Positions 19,896-30,805 of a stretch of 64,000 nt of DNA are shown piece after piece. The notes under the pieces were generated by a model. That model was not told the origin of the DNA. It saw nothing but the letters and a program-made list of their open reading frames with translations, and searched no databases. The stretch lies in the NCBI GenBank assembly GCA_965277185.1, contig CBDICC010000044.1, positions 175,360-239,359 on the forward strand, read 5' to 3'. Every line of letters begins with the position of its first letter. The stretch's first letter is position 1. This DNA is from Cytophagales bacterium (GTDB lineage Bacteria > Bacteroidota > Bacteroidia > Cytophagales > JAHDFW01). The translations under genes were made by a program, and so were the position numbers.

Positions 19896-21752
19896 TTGGA
19901 AAACGAACAACTTGTAGATAACGATCTGGCAGCATTGCTTAAGGAAGGTGAGTCCATTTCAACGGTTGACAAGTTAAACCATTTTGCATGGGAATCGAGG
20001 AGATCAGACCTTAATAAATCTTATAACGCAGCGCACTTCTCGGAGGAAATAGCTGTTCGTTTGGAGTATGAAAAAGGAATTGGTCAAGCATTGAAAACGC
20101 AAGGATATTGTCTTTGGAGATATTCTGACTACCATAATTCTATGGAAAAGTCATCTGCCGCGCTAGAAATAGCACAGAAGTTAAAAGATCCAAAAGAAGA
20201 AGCAGACATTTTGAATAGCATAGGTGCGGTATACATGTTTCTTAATGATAATGAGAATCGCCTTAAATGCAATTTGGAATGCTTGGAATTAAGAACCCAA
20301 ATCAAACATCATGAAGGCATAGCGGGCTCTCTAAATAATATTGGAGAAACCTATATGGAAATGGGTGATTTTGAAAAGGCTCAGGATTATCTGAATCAAT
20401 GCTTAAATTACCCGGAATCAACCAAATTGGTTGTTGGATGGGTTTACCATAATCTCGGTGTAATTGAATCTCGAAGGAAAAATTACGTTGCAGCGGCAGC
20501 GGAATTTTCTGAAAGTATCCAAGTGAGTACTGCAGCGGGTGACCAAAGTTTGACATTGGAAACACTGTATTTTAAGGCGTTGAACGAGGGAGACCTGGGG
20601 AATAATGAAAAAATGATGGAGGTTTTGTTCAAAGCAATGGAATTGGCGAATACCATCAATGCGAAAGATGAATTACAAAAAATTCATTTGGCCATATCTA
20701 AATTATATGAATCACAAGATGACATTGTAAAAGCATTTAAACACTTTAGTCAGCACAGTGAGATACATAATCAGGTATATAATGAGCGGAATGCAAGTTT
20801 AATTCATAATTTAAAGAGCAAGTATGAATTGAATGCAGTTCGCAAAGAGGCAGAGATCGAACGTTTGAAAAACGTGGAATTGAAGAAAGCTTTTGAGGAA
20901 ATTGAGCAGCAGAAAAATGTCATCGAAATAAAAAACAATTCGATCCGGGATAGTATTCAATACGCACGTAAGATTCAAACGGCTGTACTTTCTTTTGATG
21001 ATCAATGGGATGCGATCAGTAAACAACGCTTCGTATTGTTTTATCCCAAAGATGTAGTTAGTGGTGATTTTTATTGGGCCTATTATGCGCCAGAAATAAA
21101 TACGGCCATTTGGGTGGTAGCAGATTGTACAGGTCATGGAGTACCGGGCGCATTTATGAGTATGCTAGGTGTCGGGTTGTTAAATGAAATAGTAGTAGAA
21201 GGGAAAGTGCATCAGCCGGATGAGATATTAAATAGGCTACGGGATAAAATAAAAAAGGCCTTAGAAGAAAAAGGAGCACAGAGTCAACGACAAGATGGAA
21301 TGGACATAAGTCTTTGTGTTTGGAATAAAGACACGAACTTGTTGAAGTACTCAGGTGCTTATAATCCACTTTATATTGTGTCAAAAAGAGATTTGAATAC
21401 ATCTGCATCTTTTACAAATGAAGATGAATCACTGTATTTGAATATTGTAAAAGCCGATAAGCAGCCAGTTGGAGCCTATGTGAATCTAGAAAAACCGTTT
21501 ACGACAAATGAAATTCAACTTGAAAAAGGAGATCGAATTTATTCTTTTTCAGATGGCTATGTGGATCAATTTGGGGGGAAAGAAGGGAAGAAATTTATGA
21601 AAAAAAGTTGGATTCAACTCTTGTTACAAGTACAGCCGAAATCAATTGTTGATCAAAGGAAAGAGTTGGAAGAAGTGCTTAATAAATGGATGAAAGAGGG
21701 AAATAGTGCTCAACTAGATGACATTTGTGTAGTAGGAATTGAAATAAATTAA
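19896..21752 (+). CDS. TPR-containing SpoIIE/PP2C-type Ser/Thr phosphatase
   Basis: N-terminal TPRs (LNSIGAVY, LNNIGETY, YHNLGVI), a coiled coil, then VSGDFYW, ADCTGHGVPGAFMS, SDGYVDQFGG and DDICVVG. Confidence 0.9.
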   Translation: MENEQLVDNDLAALLKEGESISTVDKLNHFAWESRRSDLNKSYNAAHFSEEIAVRLEYEKGIGQALKTQGYCLWRYSDYHNSMEKSSAALEIAQKLKDPKEEADILNSIGAVYMFLNDNENRLKCNLECLELRTQIKHHEGIAGSLNNIGETYMEMGDFEKAQDYLNQCLNYPESTKLVVGWVYHNLGVIESRRKNYVAAAAEFSESIQVSTAAGDQSLTLETLYFKALNEGDLGNNEKMMEVLFKAMELANTINAKDELQKIHLAISKLYESQDDIVKAFKHFSQHSEIHNQVYNERNASLIHNLKSKYELNAVRKEAEIERLKNVELKKAFEEIEQQKNVIEIKNNSIRDSIQYARKIQTAVLSFDDQWDAISKQRFVLFYPKDVVSGDFYWAYYAPEINTAIWVVADCTGHGVPGAFMSMLGVGLLNEIVVEGKVHQPDEILNRLRDKIKKALEEKGAQSQRQDGMDISLCVWNKDTNLLKYSGAYNPLYIVSKRDLNTSASFTNEDESLYLNIVKADKQPVGAYVNLEKPFTTNEIQLEKGDRIYSFSDGYVDQFGGKEGKKFMKKSWIQLLLQVQPKSIVDQRKELEEVLNKWMKEGNSAQLDDICVVGIEIN

Positions 21753-21832
21753 TTATTCAAGTGCAGGAAATGGGAAACGAAAAAGAGACGGATCGTTTAC
21801 TTAAGAACTGATTGAACTGAATTGGATAGAAA

Positions 21833-22450
21833 ATGGAATCAACGGAGTTTATAGATAGAATTAAATCAAGCATTACCGATTTACCCGGTAAAGAAGCGCA
21901 CCACAAGATGTCTATGGTTCGTGTGAAAGATGAACCAAAGCAAGTAATCGAAAATGCGAAGAAAAGTGCGGTGATGTTGCTTTTATATCCAAAAAAGGAT
22001 GTTTGGTACTCCGTATTGATTCAGCGCCCCGCATATGATGGAGTACACAGCAGACAAATGGCGCTGCCCGGTGGGCAATATGAACAAGAGGATGAATCTT
22101 TTGAAATGACAGCACATCGAGAGACGTGGGAAGAGGTAGGAGTGAAAGGTGTAGAAATACTAGGTGCGTTGACGTTTGTATATATCAAACCAAGCAACTT
22201 TGTAGTGTATCCATATGTGGGATACTTGATGAGTGAACCTAAATTTAAATTACAGGAAGACGAAGTGGATTCAGTTGTGGAGTTTCCCATTGATCTATTA
22301 TTGGATGAAACTTTGGTGAAAACATCAAATGTGGAAACTAAACTTTATGGAACCTTAAAAGTACCATCCTTTGTAATTGAGGAAAAAGTGGTGTGGGGAG
22401 CTACGGCCGCTATGCTAAGTGAATTTAAAGAAATTTTAAAGAAAATGTAA
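21833..22450 (+). CDS. Nudix hydrolase, CoA pyrophosphatase (NudL/PCD1-like)
   Basis: HSRQMALPGG followed by the Nudix box TAHRETWEEVG, and VWGATA. Confidence 0.88.
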   Translation: MESTEFIDRIKSSITDLPGKEAHHKMSMVRVKDEPKQVIENAKKSAVMLLLYPKKDVWYSVLIQRPAYDGVHSRQMALPGGQYEQEDESFEMTAHRETWEEVGVKGVEILGALTFVYIKPSNFVVYPYVGYLMSEPKFKLQEDEVDSVVEFPIDLLLDETLVKTSNVETKLYGTLKVPSFVIEEKVVWGATAAMLSEFKEILKKM

Positions 22451-22605
22451 CGTCGGGCAAAGAAGGTAAAGACCCTTCAAATTTTGTTATATGACTAAAA
22501 ACCCGTTTTTTCGCATTAAAGATGGATTTGAATGAGTGTTAAGCTCGGCAGATCAGATTGAAAATAGAATACCATACAATACAATAGAATACAATAAACG
22601 AAGAA

Positions 22606-23610
22606 ATGAATATTATCGTCCCAATGGCCGGTATGGGGAAAAGAATGCGCCCACATACCTTAACTATACCGAAACCTCTTGTTCCAATAGCAGGAAAACC
22701 AATCGTAAATCGATTGGTTCTTGACATAGCAAGTGTTGCAGACGAACCTATAAATGAAGTGGCTTTTATTATTAGTCCCGCGTTTGGAGAAGAAGTAGAA
22801 AAATCACTTTTGGAAATTGCAAAATCCATTGGTGCACAAGGGAAAATTTGTTATCAAGAAGAAGCATTGGGGACGGCTCATGCGATTCTTTGCGCAGAGG
22901 ATCAACTAACCGGTAAAACGATAGTAGCTTTTGCCGATACATTGTTTAAAGCTGATTTCAAATTGGATTCAGAAAAGGACGGTGTCATTTGGGTACAACA
23001 AATTGAAGATCCTTCCGCATTTGGAGTTGTAAAATTAAATGAAGCCAATGAAATCACGGATTTTGTAGAAAAACCTAAAACGTTTGTTTCAGATTTAGCG
23101 ATTGTTGGAATTTACTATTTTAAGGATGGAGCATACTTAAAAGAAGAACTACAATACTTAGTTGACAATGCAATTATGGACAAAGGGGAGTATCAGTTAA
23201 CGAACGCTCTAGAGAACATGAAAAATAAGGGTACGGTTTTTGTCCCTGGTAAGTTAACTGAATGGTTGGATTGTGGGAACAAAAATGCTACAGTATACAC
23301 CAATCAGCGTTATTTGGAATTTTTGAAAGATCAAAAAACGATTTCAGATACGGCGGTTTGCAAAGATTCTGTAATCATTCCACCTGTGTATTTAGGGGAG
23401 AATGTTGAGATTAAGAATTCCGTAATTGGACCACATGTTTCAATAGGAGATGGAACGAAAATTGAAGATTCGATCATACGAAACACCATCGTTCAAACAG
23501 AAACAGAAATAAAAAATGCAAATTTTATAAACTCTATGGTCGGAAACTTCGTTAAATATGAAGGAAAGGCTCAAGATCTGAGTATTGGAGATTTCAATTC
23601 GATCACATAA
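22606..23610 (+). CDS. Sugar-phosphate nucleotidyltransferase with C-terminal hexapeptide repeats
   Basis: IIVPMAGMGKRMRPHT, PKPL, QEEALGTAHA, VEKP and GEYQLT motifs. Confidence 0.9.
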   Translation: MNIIVPMAGMGKRMRPHTLTIPKPLVPIAGKPIVNRLVLDIASVADEPINEVAFIISPAFGEEVEKSLLEIAKSIGAQGKICYQEEALGTAHAILCAEDQLTGKTIVAFADTLFKADFKLDSEKDGVIWVQQIEDPSAFGVVKLNEANEITDFVEKPKTFVSDLAIVGIYYFKDGAYLKEELQYLVDNAIMDKGEYQLTNALENMKNKGTVFVPGKLTEWLDCGNKNATVYTNQRYLEFLKDQKTISDTAVCKDSVIIPPVYLGENVEIKNSVIGPHVSIGDGTKIEDSIIRNTIVQTETEIKNANFINSMVGNFVKYEGKAQDLSIGDFNSIT

Positions 23611-23618
23611 AAAATGTA

Positions 23619-25385
23619 ATGAATAGCAACGCAGCTTATTTTAAATTTATATATAAATCAACGATTCTTGCTTTATGCATCGTTGTATTTGCTTCCATTC
23701 AAGCTTTTGGACAACAAAAGTTGAAAAAACGCAAATATGATCTGACCTATAAACAAGATCAACTTACTCAGGAGTATTTTATCGATGGAGTAAAATTTGT
23801 CATGCTCGAAGATAATAGCAGAGCATTGAAGATGTTTCGTAAGGCACTTCAATTAGATTATAATAATCCTGCGATACATCATCAAATAGCAAAAATATAT
23901 CAGGAGGATCTAAAGTTTGATTTGGCGCTCCCACATGCACGCTTTGCATACGATCAAGATGGGAAAAATGAATATCATTATTTATCGTTGGCAGATATTT
24001 ACAAATCGCTTAACAAGAAGAAAGAGTCAACCAAAATTTTTGAAAAACTAGTTAAAAATTTCAAAAACCAGGATTACGTATTTGAATTGGCTGAATCTTA
24101 TTATGGTCAAAAGGAATATGATAAGTGCCTTGATCTTTTAGACGATTTTATAGAGCAATACGGTGCGTTTCCAGAAGTAATAGGCTATAAGCAAAACATA
24201 TATCGAGAACAAAATAAACTGGACAAAGCGATTGAAGAAGGTGAAGCGTTGATGAAGACGAACCCAGCCAATGCACAGTTTGTGATGATGCAATTGGATT
24301 TGTATAAATCGGCAAAGATGCCAAACGAGGCAGTAAGTTTAGCTAAGAAATTTTTAAAGGAGCAAGGAGATAATGCTTCAGTCCTACTGAGATTGTCTGG
24401 ATTGCAACGGGACTTGGGTAAAAAAGAAGAGTCAGATCAAAACTTCTATAAGGCTTTTAACAGTCCTGGGATAAGTTACAATAAGAAGATCGATATGATT
24501 GCCTTACAAACACGTGAAATTTACGTAGCGGAGATGAAAGGAAGAAAAGCACCAGAAGCATTAGCACTTTGCGAGAAAATGTGTGCAGAAATTATTAAGA
24601 GACATCCTGATAAAGCAAAATCATATGCGGTAAATGGAGATTTGTCCGGGCTTAAGAAGGAAAAAAAGAATGCGCGTGATTACTATTTAAAAGCAGTATT
24701 AATTGATGACTCTGATTATAAAATCTGGGAGCAACTTATTTTGATTGATGCAGAGTTGGAGCAATACGATTCACTTGTGAAGCATTCAGAAAATGCATTG
24801 GAGATTTTTCCCAATCAAGGCGTAATCTGGTATTTTAACGGATCGGCGCATTTTGTAAAAAAGGATTATAAGAAATCGATCAAAGGATTTGAGCAAGCAC
24901 GAAAATTATCACGTTCTAATAAGCAATTACTGGCAGACATCAACGCGCAACTAGGGGATGCATATCACAGCAATAATCAATTTGAAAAGTCCTATGAGGC
25001 GTATGACAATGTGTTGAGCTTGAATCCTGAGAACGAGCATGTATTAAATAATTACAGCTATCATCTTTCTTTGGCGAATGAACGATTGGAAGATGCTTAT
25101 ACTATGAGTAAAAAGACACTGGACAAACATCCTGATAACCCAATTTATATCGATACGCATGCCTGGGTTTTATATAAACTTAAGAAATACGACGAGGCTA
25201 AAAAGTTATTGGTAAAAATTCAAGCGAAGGCTACAAATGGAGAAGTTGTAGAGCATTTGGGAGACGTTCTGTTTCAGTTAGGAGAGAAAGAAAAGGCAAA
25301 GGAACGCTGGGGAAAGGCAATGGAACTTGGCGGTGGATCTGAGTTTTTGAAAAGTAAAATAGAGAAAGGAGAACTGTATGAATAA
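23619..25385 (+). CDS. Periplasmic TPR protein
   Basis: Signal peptide ending AFG|QQ. Many TPRs. LNNYSYHL, YIDTHAWVLYK and EHLGDVL C-terminal motifs. Sits in the conserved cluster with DUF4292 and EnvC. Confidence 0.85.
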   Translation: MNSNAAYFKFIYKSTILALCIVVFASIQAFGQQKLKKRKYDLTYKQDQLTQEYFIDGVKFVMLEDNSRALKMFRKALQLDYNNPAIHHQIAKIYQEDLKFDLALPHARFAYDQDGKNEYHYLSLADIYKSLNKKKESTKIFEKLVKNFKNQDYVFELAESYYGQKEYDKCLDLLDDFIEQYGAFPEVIGYKQNIYREQNKLDKAIEEGEALMKTNPANAQFVMMQLDLYKSAKMPNEAVSLAKKFLKEQGDNASVLLRLSGLQRDLGKKEESDQNFYKAFNSPGISYNKKIDMIALQTREIYVAEMKGRKAPEALALCEKMCAEIIKRHPDKAKSYAVNGDLSGLKKEKKNARDYYLKAVLIDDSDYKIWEQLILIDAELEQYDSLVKHSENALEIFPNQGVIWYFNGSAHFVKKDYKKSIKGFEQARKLSRSNKQLLADINAQLGDAYHSNNQFEKSYEAYDNVLSLNPENEHVLNNYSYHLSLANERLEDAYTMSKKTLDKHPDNPIYIDTHAWVLYKLKKYDEAKKLLVKIQAKATNGEVVEHLGDVLFQLGEKEKAKERWGKAMELGGGSEFLKSKIEKGELYE

Positions 25386-26211
25386 ATCTAATTCCGTAGC
25401 AGGACTTCGTTTAAATAAAAGAAGAATGACTGGAAATACTTCTTTAAACGTTATGTTAAAGGCAATAATGTGCGTTGCACTGATCAGTTTTACGCTGGGA
25501 AGTTGTAAGAAGCGAAATACCAGTTCTTCTCAAGATTTGAAGGTTTTAAATGACATATTGAAGAACGATATCAAGTTCAAGTTTATTTCGATTAAAGGAA
25601 AGGTGAAATACAACATGAATGGATCAGGTATGACCGTTGCTTCAAATTTACGGATTAAAAAAGAAGATAAATTGTGGTCTCGGGTTTCTGTTATGGGAAT
25701 AGAAGGGATGCGCACACTTATTACTACTGATTCTGTAAAGAATATTAACAGGTTAAGCAGTAGCTATGTTGAGGAGTCGATCGAATATCTAAATCAAGCA
25801 TTTGGAGTTAAAGTGAATTACAACATGGTAGAGGCATTGGTTTTAGGAGATGTTCCTTTAGCTGATTTATCAAAAGTGAAGGTGCTTACCACGGATGGCT
25901 TTTACATTCTTACCGAAGAGCAAAATGGATTTGAAGTTACCTACAAAATAGACACAGCCACGCTACGTATGACAGAGTTGATTGTGGATGATAAAAAAGG
26001 TACAAAGTTAATGGCCATTTACAAGGAATTTAAAGATTTGGATGGACAGCAGTTTGCCAATGTTGTAGAAATTGAAATTAAACAAAAAGATCAAGAGAAC
26101 CCGATAACGGTTACGTTGACGCATAAGAAAATAAAGAAGAGTATTACACCATTGGAGTTTCCGTTTAAAATACCAAAAAGCTTTCAAAAAGCAGGTTATG
26201 ATAAGAAATAG
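25378..26211 (+). CDS. DUF4292 family lipoprotein
   Basis: Lipobox LGS|C. LRIKKEDKLW, GIEGMR and FPFKIP motifs. The gene context fits, and the true start is probably a downstream Met. Confidence 0.8.
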   Translation: MNKSNSVAGLRLNKRRMTGNTSLNVMLKAIMCVALISFTLGSCKKRNTSSSQDLKVLNDILKNDIKFKFISIKGKVKYNMNGSGMTVASNLRIKKEDKLWSRVSVMGIEGMRTLITTDSVKNINRLSSSYVEESIEYLNQAFGVKVNYNMVEALVLGDVPLADLSKVKVLTTDGFYILTEEQNGFEVTYKIDTATLRMTELIVDDKKGTKLMAIYKEFKDLDGQQFANVVEIEIKQKDQENPITVTLTHKKIKKSITPLEFPFKIPKSFQKAGYDKK

Positions 26212-27454
26212 AATTCATACCGATAAAAAAAGGATGGTAATAAATCAGCAGTGGAGATCAATAGCTTCAGTGCTTTTATTATTGATTTGTTGTTTGGTAG
26301 TGGTTCCATCCCATGCTCAAAAGCGCAAGACGCGAGAGCAATTAGAGGAAGAAAAGCGTAAAAATATCGCGAAACTGGAAAAAACAGCTAAAATTCTTCA
26401 AGACACAAAATCCGAGAGAAAAGCAAGTTTGGGTCAATTAAATGCCATCAAGCAAAAAGAGAAACTTCAAAAGTCGCTTATTCGGAATATTACGGAAGAA
26501 GTTTCATTGATTGAAACTGAAATGAGTGAGGATGATTTGCTTTTAGGATTATTAAAAGGGGACTTGATTAATCTTAAAAAGGAATATGCAGAAATGGTAT
26601 ATGAAGCTTCTAAGGCAAGCAATACCTATAGCAAGCTCATGTTTATTTTTACTTCTTCGAACTTTTATAATCTGCAAATGCGACTAAATTATTTAGCGCA
26701 ATATAACACTGCACGAAAGAATCAGGTGGAGCAAATCACGAAGGTGACCGAAACGATTAATGAACACATTGTTCAGTTAGATACTAAAAAAGAAGAAAAG
26801 AAGTCACTTCTGCAATCCAAGCAAATAGAGCAGAAGAATTTGAGTGCATTAGAAACTCAGAAAGAAAAAGTAGTTAAAGAGTTATCGGTACAAGAAGATA
26901 AATTAAAAAAGAAGATTGAAAAGCAGCGGGAGGATATTTCCCGATTGAATAAGATCATTGAGACCTTTATTAAAAAGGAAATTGAAAATACGCCCGGAAC
27001 GAAAGATTTGATTCTAACAAAAGAAGAGAAGTTGTTAGCGGCGAACTTTGAAGGAAACAAAGGGCATCATTTATGGCCAGTTCAATATGGGTTTATATCG
27101 TCTAAATTTGGCGAACATTGGCATCCGACGGTTGCAGGAGTGAAAGTGATTAATATTGGAATTGATATTCAAACTAAGAAAGGTACAGAGGTTCGTTGTA
27201 TTTATGACGGAAAAGTCTTAGCTGTTGCGAGCGTACCTGGGATGAATAAGATGGTAATGGTTCAGCATGGGGATTATTTCACCGTATATACCAAAATCAT
27301 CAATGTGGCTGTGAAAACAGGTCAAATGATTACTCGTAAAGACCCTGTAGGGATTGCGTATACCAATGGAGATGGAGTAGCAGAAATGCAATTCCAAGTT
27401 TGGAAAAATGCAGTTAAACTAGATCCTGAAAAGTGGTTGTCTCCGCTTAAATAA
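26198..27454 (+). CDS. envC: Murein hydrolase activator EnvC-like (coiled coil plus degenerate M23 domain)
   Basis: Signal peptide, long coiled coil and C-terminal WPV...GIDI...QHGDYFTVY...LDPEKWL. The zinc ligands are degenerate. Confidence 0.78.
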   Translation: MIRNRIHTDKKRMVINQQWRSIASVLLLLICCLVVVPSHAQKRKTREQLEEEKRKNIAKLEKTAKILQDTKSERKASLGQLNAIKQKEKLQKSLIRNITEEVSLIETEMSEDDLLLGLLKGDLINLKKEYAEMVYEASKASNTYSKLMFIFTSSNFYNLQMRLNYLAQYNTARKNQVEQITKVTETINEHIVQLDTKKEEKKSLLQSKQIEQKNLSALETQKEKVVKELSVQEDKLKKKIEKQREDISRLNKIIETFIKKEIENTPGTKDLILTKEEKLLAANFEGNKGHHLWPVQYGFISSKFGEHWHPTVAGVKVINIGIDIQTKKGTEVRCIYDGKVLAVASVPGMNKMVMVQHGDYFTVYTKIINVAVKTGQMITRKDPVGIAYTNGDGVAEMQFQVWKNAVKLDPEKWLSPLK

Positions 27455-27542
27455 GTTAGTAATTTGGAACGGTTGGTTTTGGTTCTATTAAATTGAGGAG
27501 ATTCTTATTGCGAATCAATCCTCTCATTCTCCGTTGAAACTT

Positions 27543-28154
27543 TTAAATCCATTCCTCTTTAATAATTCGAACCGTTACTAAAGCACAGATCGAACCAAGG
27601 ATGGCTCCCGCAGCGACATCAATCATGAAATGTTGGAGCAAGTACACTCTTGACAATCCAGCCAATATAGCTACGCCTAAAAGGATGTATCGAATCTTAT
27701 CTGATTTAGAAAGAAGGGCAAAAAATACCAGCATAGCAAAAGCAGAGGTGGTATGTCCAGACGGGAAGCTGTTGTGCGACCCAAAGTTCACCCACATAGG
27801 ATGCGCTAACGTCTCAAACTGATCCCCAAAGAACTTCTTAGGTCGAGGAGAATTAAATGTTCTTTTGAATAATTGAGCAAGCAAACCAGAAATAGCATAT
27901 AGAAGCACATTCGTCAATGGAATTTTCCATTGAAATTTGCGAACAAATAACCAAATAATGGAAACGGCAATTATAAAATAGCCGTTTCCAAATAAAGTGA
28001 AAAATTGGAAAAATAAATCCAATGCCATGCATTGAAATTGATTCATCCAACGAAGGGATGCCTCCTTATCAAAAATGAATCCCAACAATAGTAATATGGA
28101 TACACTTGCTGCTAGTGCAATCAGAAAACGTTTGTGTGATGAATTGATTTTCAA
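27543..28154 (-). CDS. PAP2-family membrane phosphatase
   Basis: KxxxxxxRP, SFPSGH and SRVYLLQH motifs. Confidence 0.9.
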   Translation of the reverse strand: MKINSSHKRFLIALAASVSILLLLGFIFDKEASLRWMNQFQCMALDLFFQFFTLFGNGYFIIAVSIIWLFVRKFQWKIPLTNVLLYAISGLLAQLFKRTFNSPRPKKFFGDQFETLAHPMWVNFGSHNSFPSGHTTSAFAMLVFFALLSKSDKIRYILLGVAILAGLSRVYLLQHFMIDVAAGAILGSICALVTVRIIKEEWI

Positions 28155-28220
28155 AGGATATAGAAAGTGAAGTGCTTTTGCTATTTAAATTCAGACAAAA
28201 GTAAGATTTAACTTAACTTC

Positions 28221-29147
28221 CTAAACATCTGTCCCCCAATTTTTTATTTCATCTTCGCTCCATAAGAAGGGAAAGAAAATTCGTCGTTGAAATTTTGGAT
28301 GCATGTATTTTCGCCAACTACTACCACCAGTTGCTTCCAAATCTTTCGCACCGCCTCCTAGGTATTTACCCGCTGCGTTGTAATGCGCCATTACCCATTT
28401 GACATTGACCGTATAATCGTAATGTCGCATGGATTTGATTAATTCAGGGTCTTTTTGAACATCCTCAGGAAGTTGTTGGAACTTCTTAGCAAGGTTGCAT
28501 TCGTTATAGTCCTCCATGAAGTCAATAAAGTCGCCCATATACTTTTCATCAAATAAGCGAAGTAATATGGAACGCTTACCCGTTTCATGGTTTTTACCAG
28601 CTGCTTGCCAATACAAATGATCGTAAGCATGTTTGAATGGCGTGTTTCGATCTATTGTAGCTCGAAAACGATTATCGATTAGGTTAATTAATTCAGTAGA
28701 GGCAAATTCAATCTTTCGATACTGTGCACTTTGAAATCCACTAGCAGGGGTAAGTGTATTCCGAAATTTCAAGTATTGTTCAACATCCATCCCTTCTCCC
28801 ATAACATCGAATGAACTGCAAAGCATATCAAAATAGCGGCTAATGCGCCTTAAATGCTTCGAGAATTTATCTGCGGCTATTTCTTCTACTTGAGCTACTT
28901 GATCTATTTCCCATAGAATCATCTTAAACAATATTTCGTTTACTTGATGATACATGATAAAGACCATTTCGTCTTTTTCTGTTGTACGTGGAATTTGCAA
29001 GCCTAATAAGGCATCTGTTTGGATATAGTCCCAATAAGTAATAGGAGTACTCCATAAAAGACCTTCCAACATGGCGTCTAACGGAACACCTAAAGTTTTA
29101 TATTTTTCTTCAATTGCAGAGAGCAATTGTTCTCTTTTTTCTGACAT
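28221..29147 (-). CDS. kynA: Tryptophan 2,3-dioxygenase
   Basis: YWDYI, FIMYHQVNE, FRNTLTPASGFQSAQYR and ATGGS motifs. Confidence 0.92.
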   Translation of the reverse strand: MSEKREQLLSAIEEKYKTLGVPLDAMLEGLLWSTPITYWDYIQTDALLGLQIPRTTEKDEMVFIMYHQVNEILFKMILWEIDQVAQVEEIAADKFSKHLRRISRYFDMLCSSFDVMGEGMDVEQYLKFRNTLTPASGFQSAQYRKIEFASTELINLIDNRFRATIDRNTPFKHAYDHLYWQAAGKNHETGKRSILLRLFDEKYMGDFIDFMEDYNECNLAKKFQQLPEDVQKDPELIKSMRHYDYTVNVKWVMAHYNAAGKYLGGGAKDLEATGGSSWRKYMHPKFQRRIFFPFLWSEDEIKNWGTDV

Positions 29148-29385
29148 GTGTAGTCAATTTAATGATGTGCTTAAATAAATTATTTTATCTCCTTGTGAGT
29201 CCAAATTACCATCTCATTGATCAATGCATGAAATGAAATGAATTAAACTGAGCTGAAACGGCCGCGGTTTTTGAGGCGTAGTTAAAAGGACCTATCTCAA
29301 ATGGTTAATGAATTTGAGATAACCACGTTTGAATTGCTCCGTTTAGGAAAATGGAGATTTAATAAGGAGATATTTATTGTTGCGA

Positions 29386-30750
29386 TTAAGCATGTGTATG
29401 AGTAATCGGAAAAATAGAGTGAATCAAATCATCAACGGTATTGGCACTAAACAATGCTTCTATGTCATGTTTGGCCATTACTTCTTTAATAAATTTATCC
29501 TGTTCCATTCCTTTGCTCCAAGCTTCTGAATATCGAATATGACTAAATGTTACCTGTGAATAAAGTGGTAAATAGTCATCAGGATATAATTCGGAAATTC
29601 GGGCTTCGAATCGTTTTTGCAGTAAAAATTGGGGGTCGGCTACATAATCTCTCATTACATGGTAGTTATGTAAAGATAAATCTTGAATAGCATCACCATC
29701 CGGTTTTCGCTGCTCTTGAAACGCTTCGAAAACGGCAGGCCAATCTTCATTGTGTTGTTGCATTAACTCCCACATTACGGTACAATCTTCAAATCCGGAA
29801 TTCATTCCCTGACCATAAAATGGCACGGTTGCATGTGCTGCATCCCCCATTAAAGAAACCTTTCCGTAACTCCATGGATAACAGCGAATAATTGCCATTG
29901 AAGATAGTGGGTGATCTCCCCATTGATCCGCAATATTTGGCATCATTTTATAAAAATCAGGGAACGTTTCTTTGAAAAACGTATCCACTTTTTCTTTGGA
30001 ATTAAGCTGTTCAAATGAGTTGTTTTCACCTTTATGTGGCATAAAGAGCGTACAGGTAAAACTTCCATCTTCATTGGCTAAAGCAATCAGCATAAATCGG
30101 CCACGTGGCCATATATGCAGTGAATTGATCTCCATCGGGTAGGTTCCATCTGGTTTAGCTGGAAGCAATATTTCCCGATATCCATCCTCAACATAAAGTT
30201 GACTGTAATTAAATCCAGCCATTTTTTGCATGGAATTGTATCGAACCGCAGAAAAAGCCCCATCGGTGGCAAAAACAACGTCCGATTGAACGCTGCTTTT
30301 TTCACCTGTTTGAGTATCTTCAAGATGTACTATTCCGTTTTCAAGATCAGCGTCATAACAACGACGATTGTAAAAAATGTCCGCATTCCCATGTTTTTCG
30401 GCAATGTCCATCATTTTACAATTGATTCCTGCTCTGGAAACAGAATAAATCGCCTGACCTTCTTTTCCGTAAGGTTGGAAAGTTAAGTTACCTTCTAAAT
30501 CATGCATGCACCTACTGTACATCGGAATGGCAATTTCTTCAATTTCCTTTTCAACACCAACCGCTTCAAATGCTTTCCATCCTCGTACAGATAGAGCTAA
30601 GTTGATCGACTTACCAGCCGAAATATCGGCCTTACGTAAATCTGATCGTGCTTCAAAAATAGTAACCTTATATCCTGCTTTAGAAAGATAAACGGCCCAA
30701 AGCGAACCTACCAGTCCTGCTCCTACAATTGTTGCTGTCTTTTGCCCCAT
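29386..30750 (-). CDS. kmo: Kynurenine 3-monooxygenase
   Basis: GAGLVG, GKSINLALS, LHIWPRG and GDAAHATVPFYGQGMNSGFED motifs. Confidence 0.92.
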   Translation of the reverse strand: MGQKTATIVGAGLVGSLWAVYLSKAGYKVTIFEARSDLRKADISAGKSINLALSVRGWKAFEAVGVEKEIEEIAIPMYSRCMHDLEGNLTFQPYGKEGQAIYSVSRAGINCKMMDIAEKHGNADIFYNRRCYDADLENGIVHLEDTQTGEKSSVQSDVVFATDGAFSAVRYNSMQKMAGFNYSQLYVEDGYREILLPAKPDGTYPMEINSLHIWPRGRFMLIALANEDGSFTCTLFMPHKGENNSFEQLNSKEKVDTFFKETFPDFYKMMPNIADQWGDHPLSSMAIIRCYPWSYGKVSLMGDAAHATVPFYGQGMNSGFEDCTVMWELMQQHNEDWPAVFEAFQEQRKPDGDAIQDLSLHNYHVMRDYVADPQFLLQKRFEARISELYPDDYLPLYSQVTFSHIRYSEAWSKGMEQDKFIKEVMAKHDIEALFSANTVDDLIHSIFPITHTHA

Positions 30751-30805
30751 AAGTTAAGTTGATGCGATTAAATAGAATGGATTTATAATATATATATTAT
30801 ACGAT

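Noticed and set aside
21833-22605. dut is absent from the head of the NTP-transferase/TPR/DUF4292/EnvC cluster, with a Nudix gene there instead
   Set aside because: The Nudix protein has CoA-pyrophosphatase motifs and is separated by 155 bp. Simple rearrangement is more likely than functional replacement.
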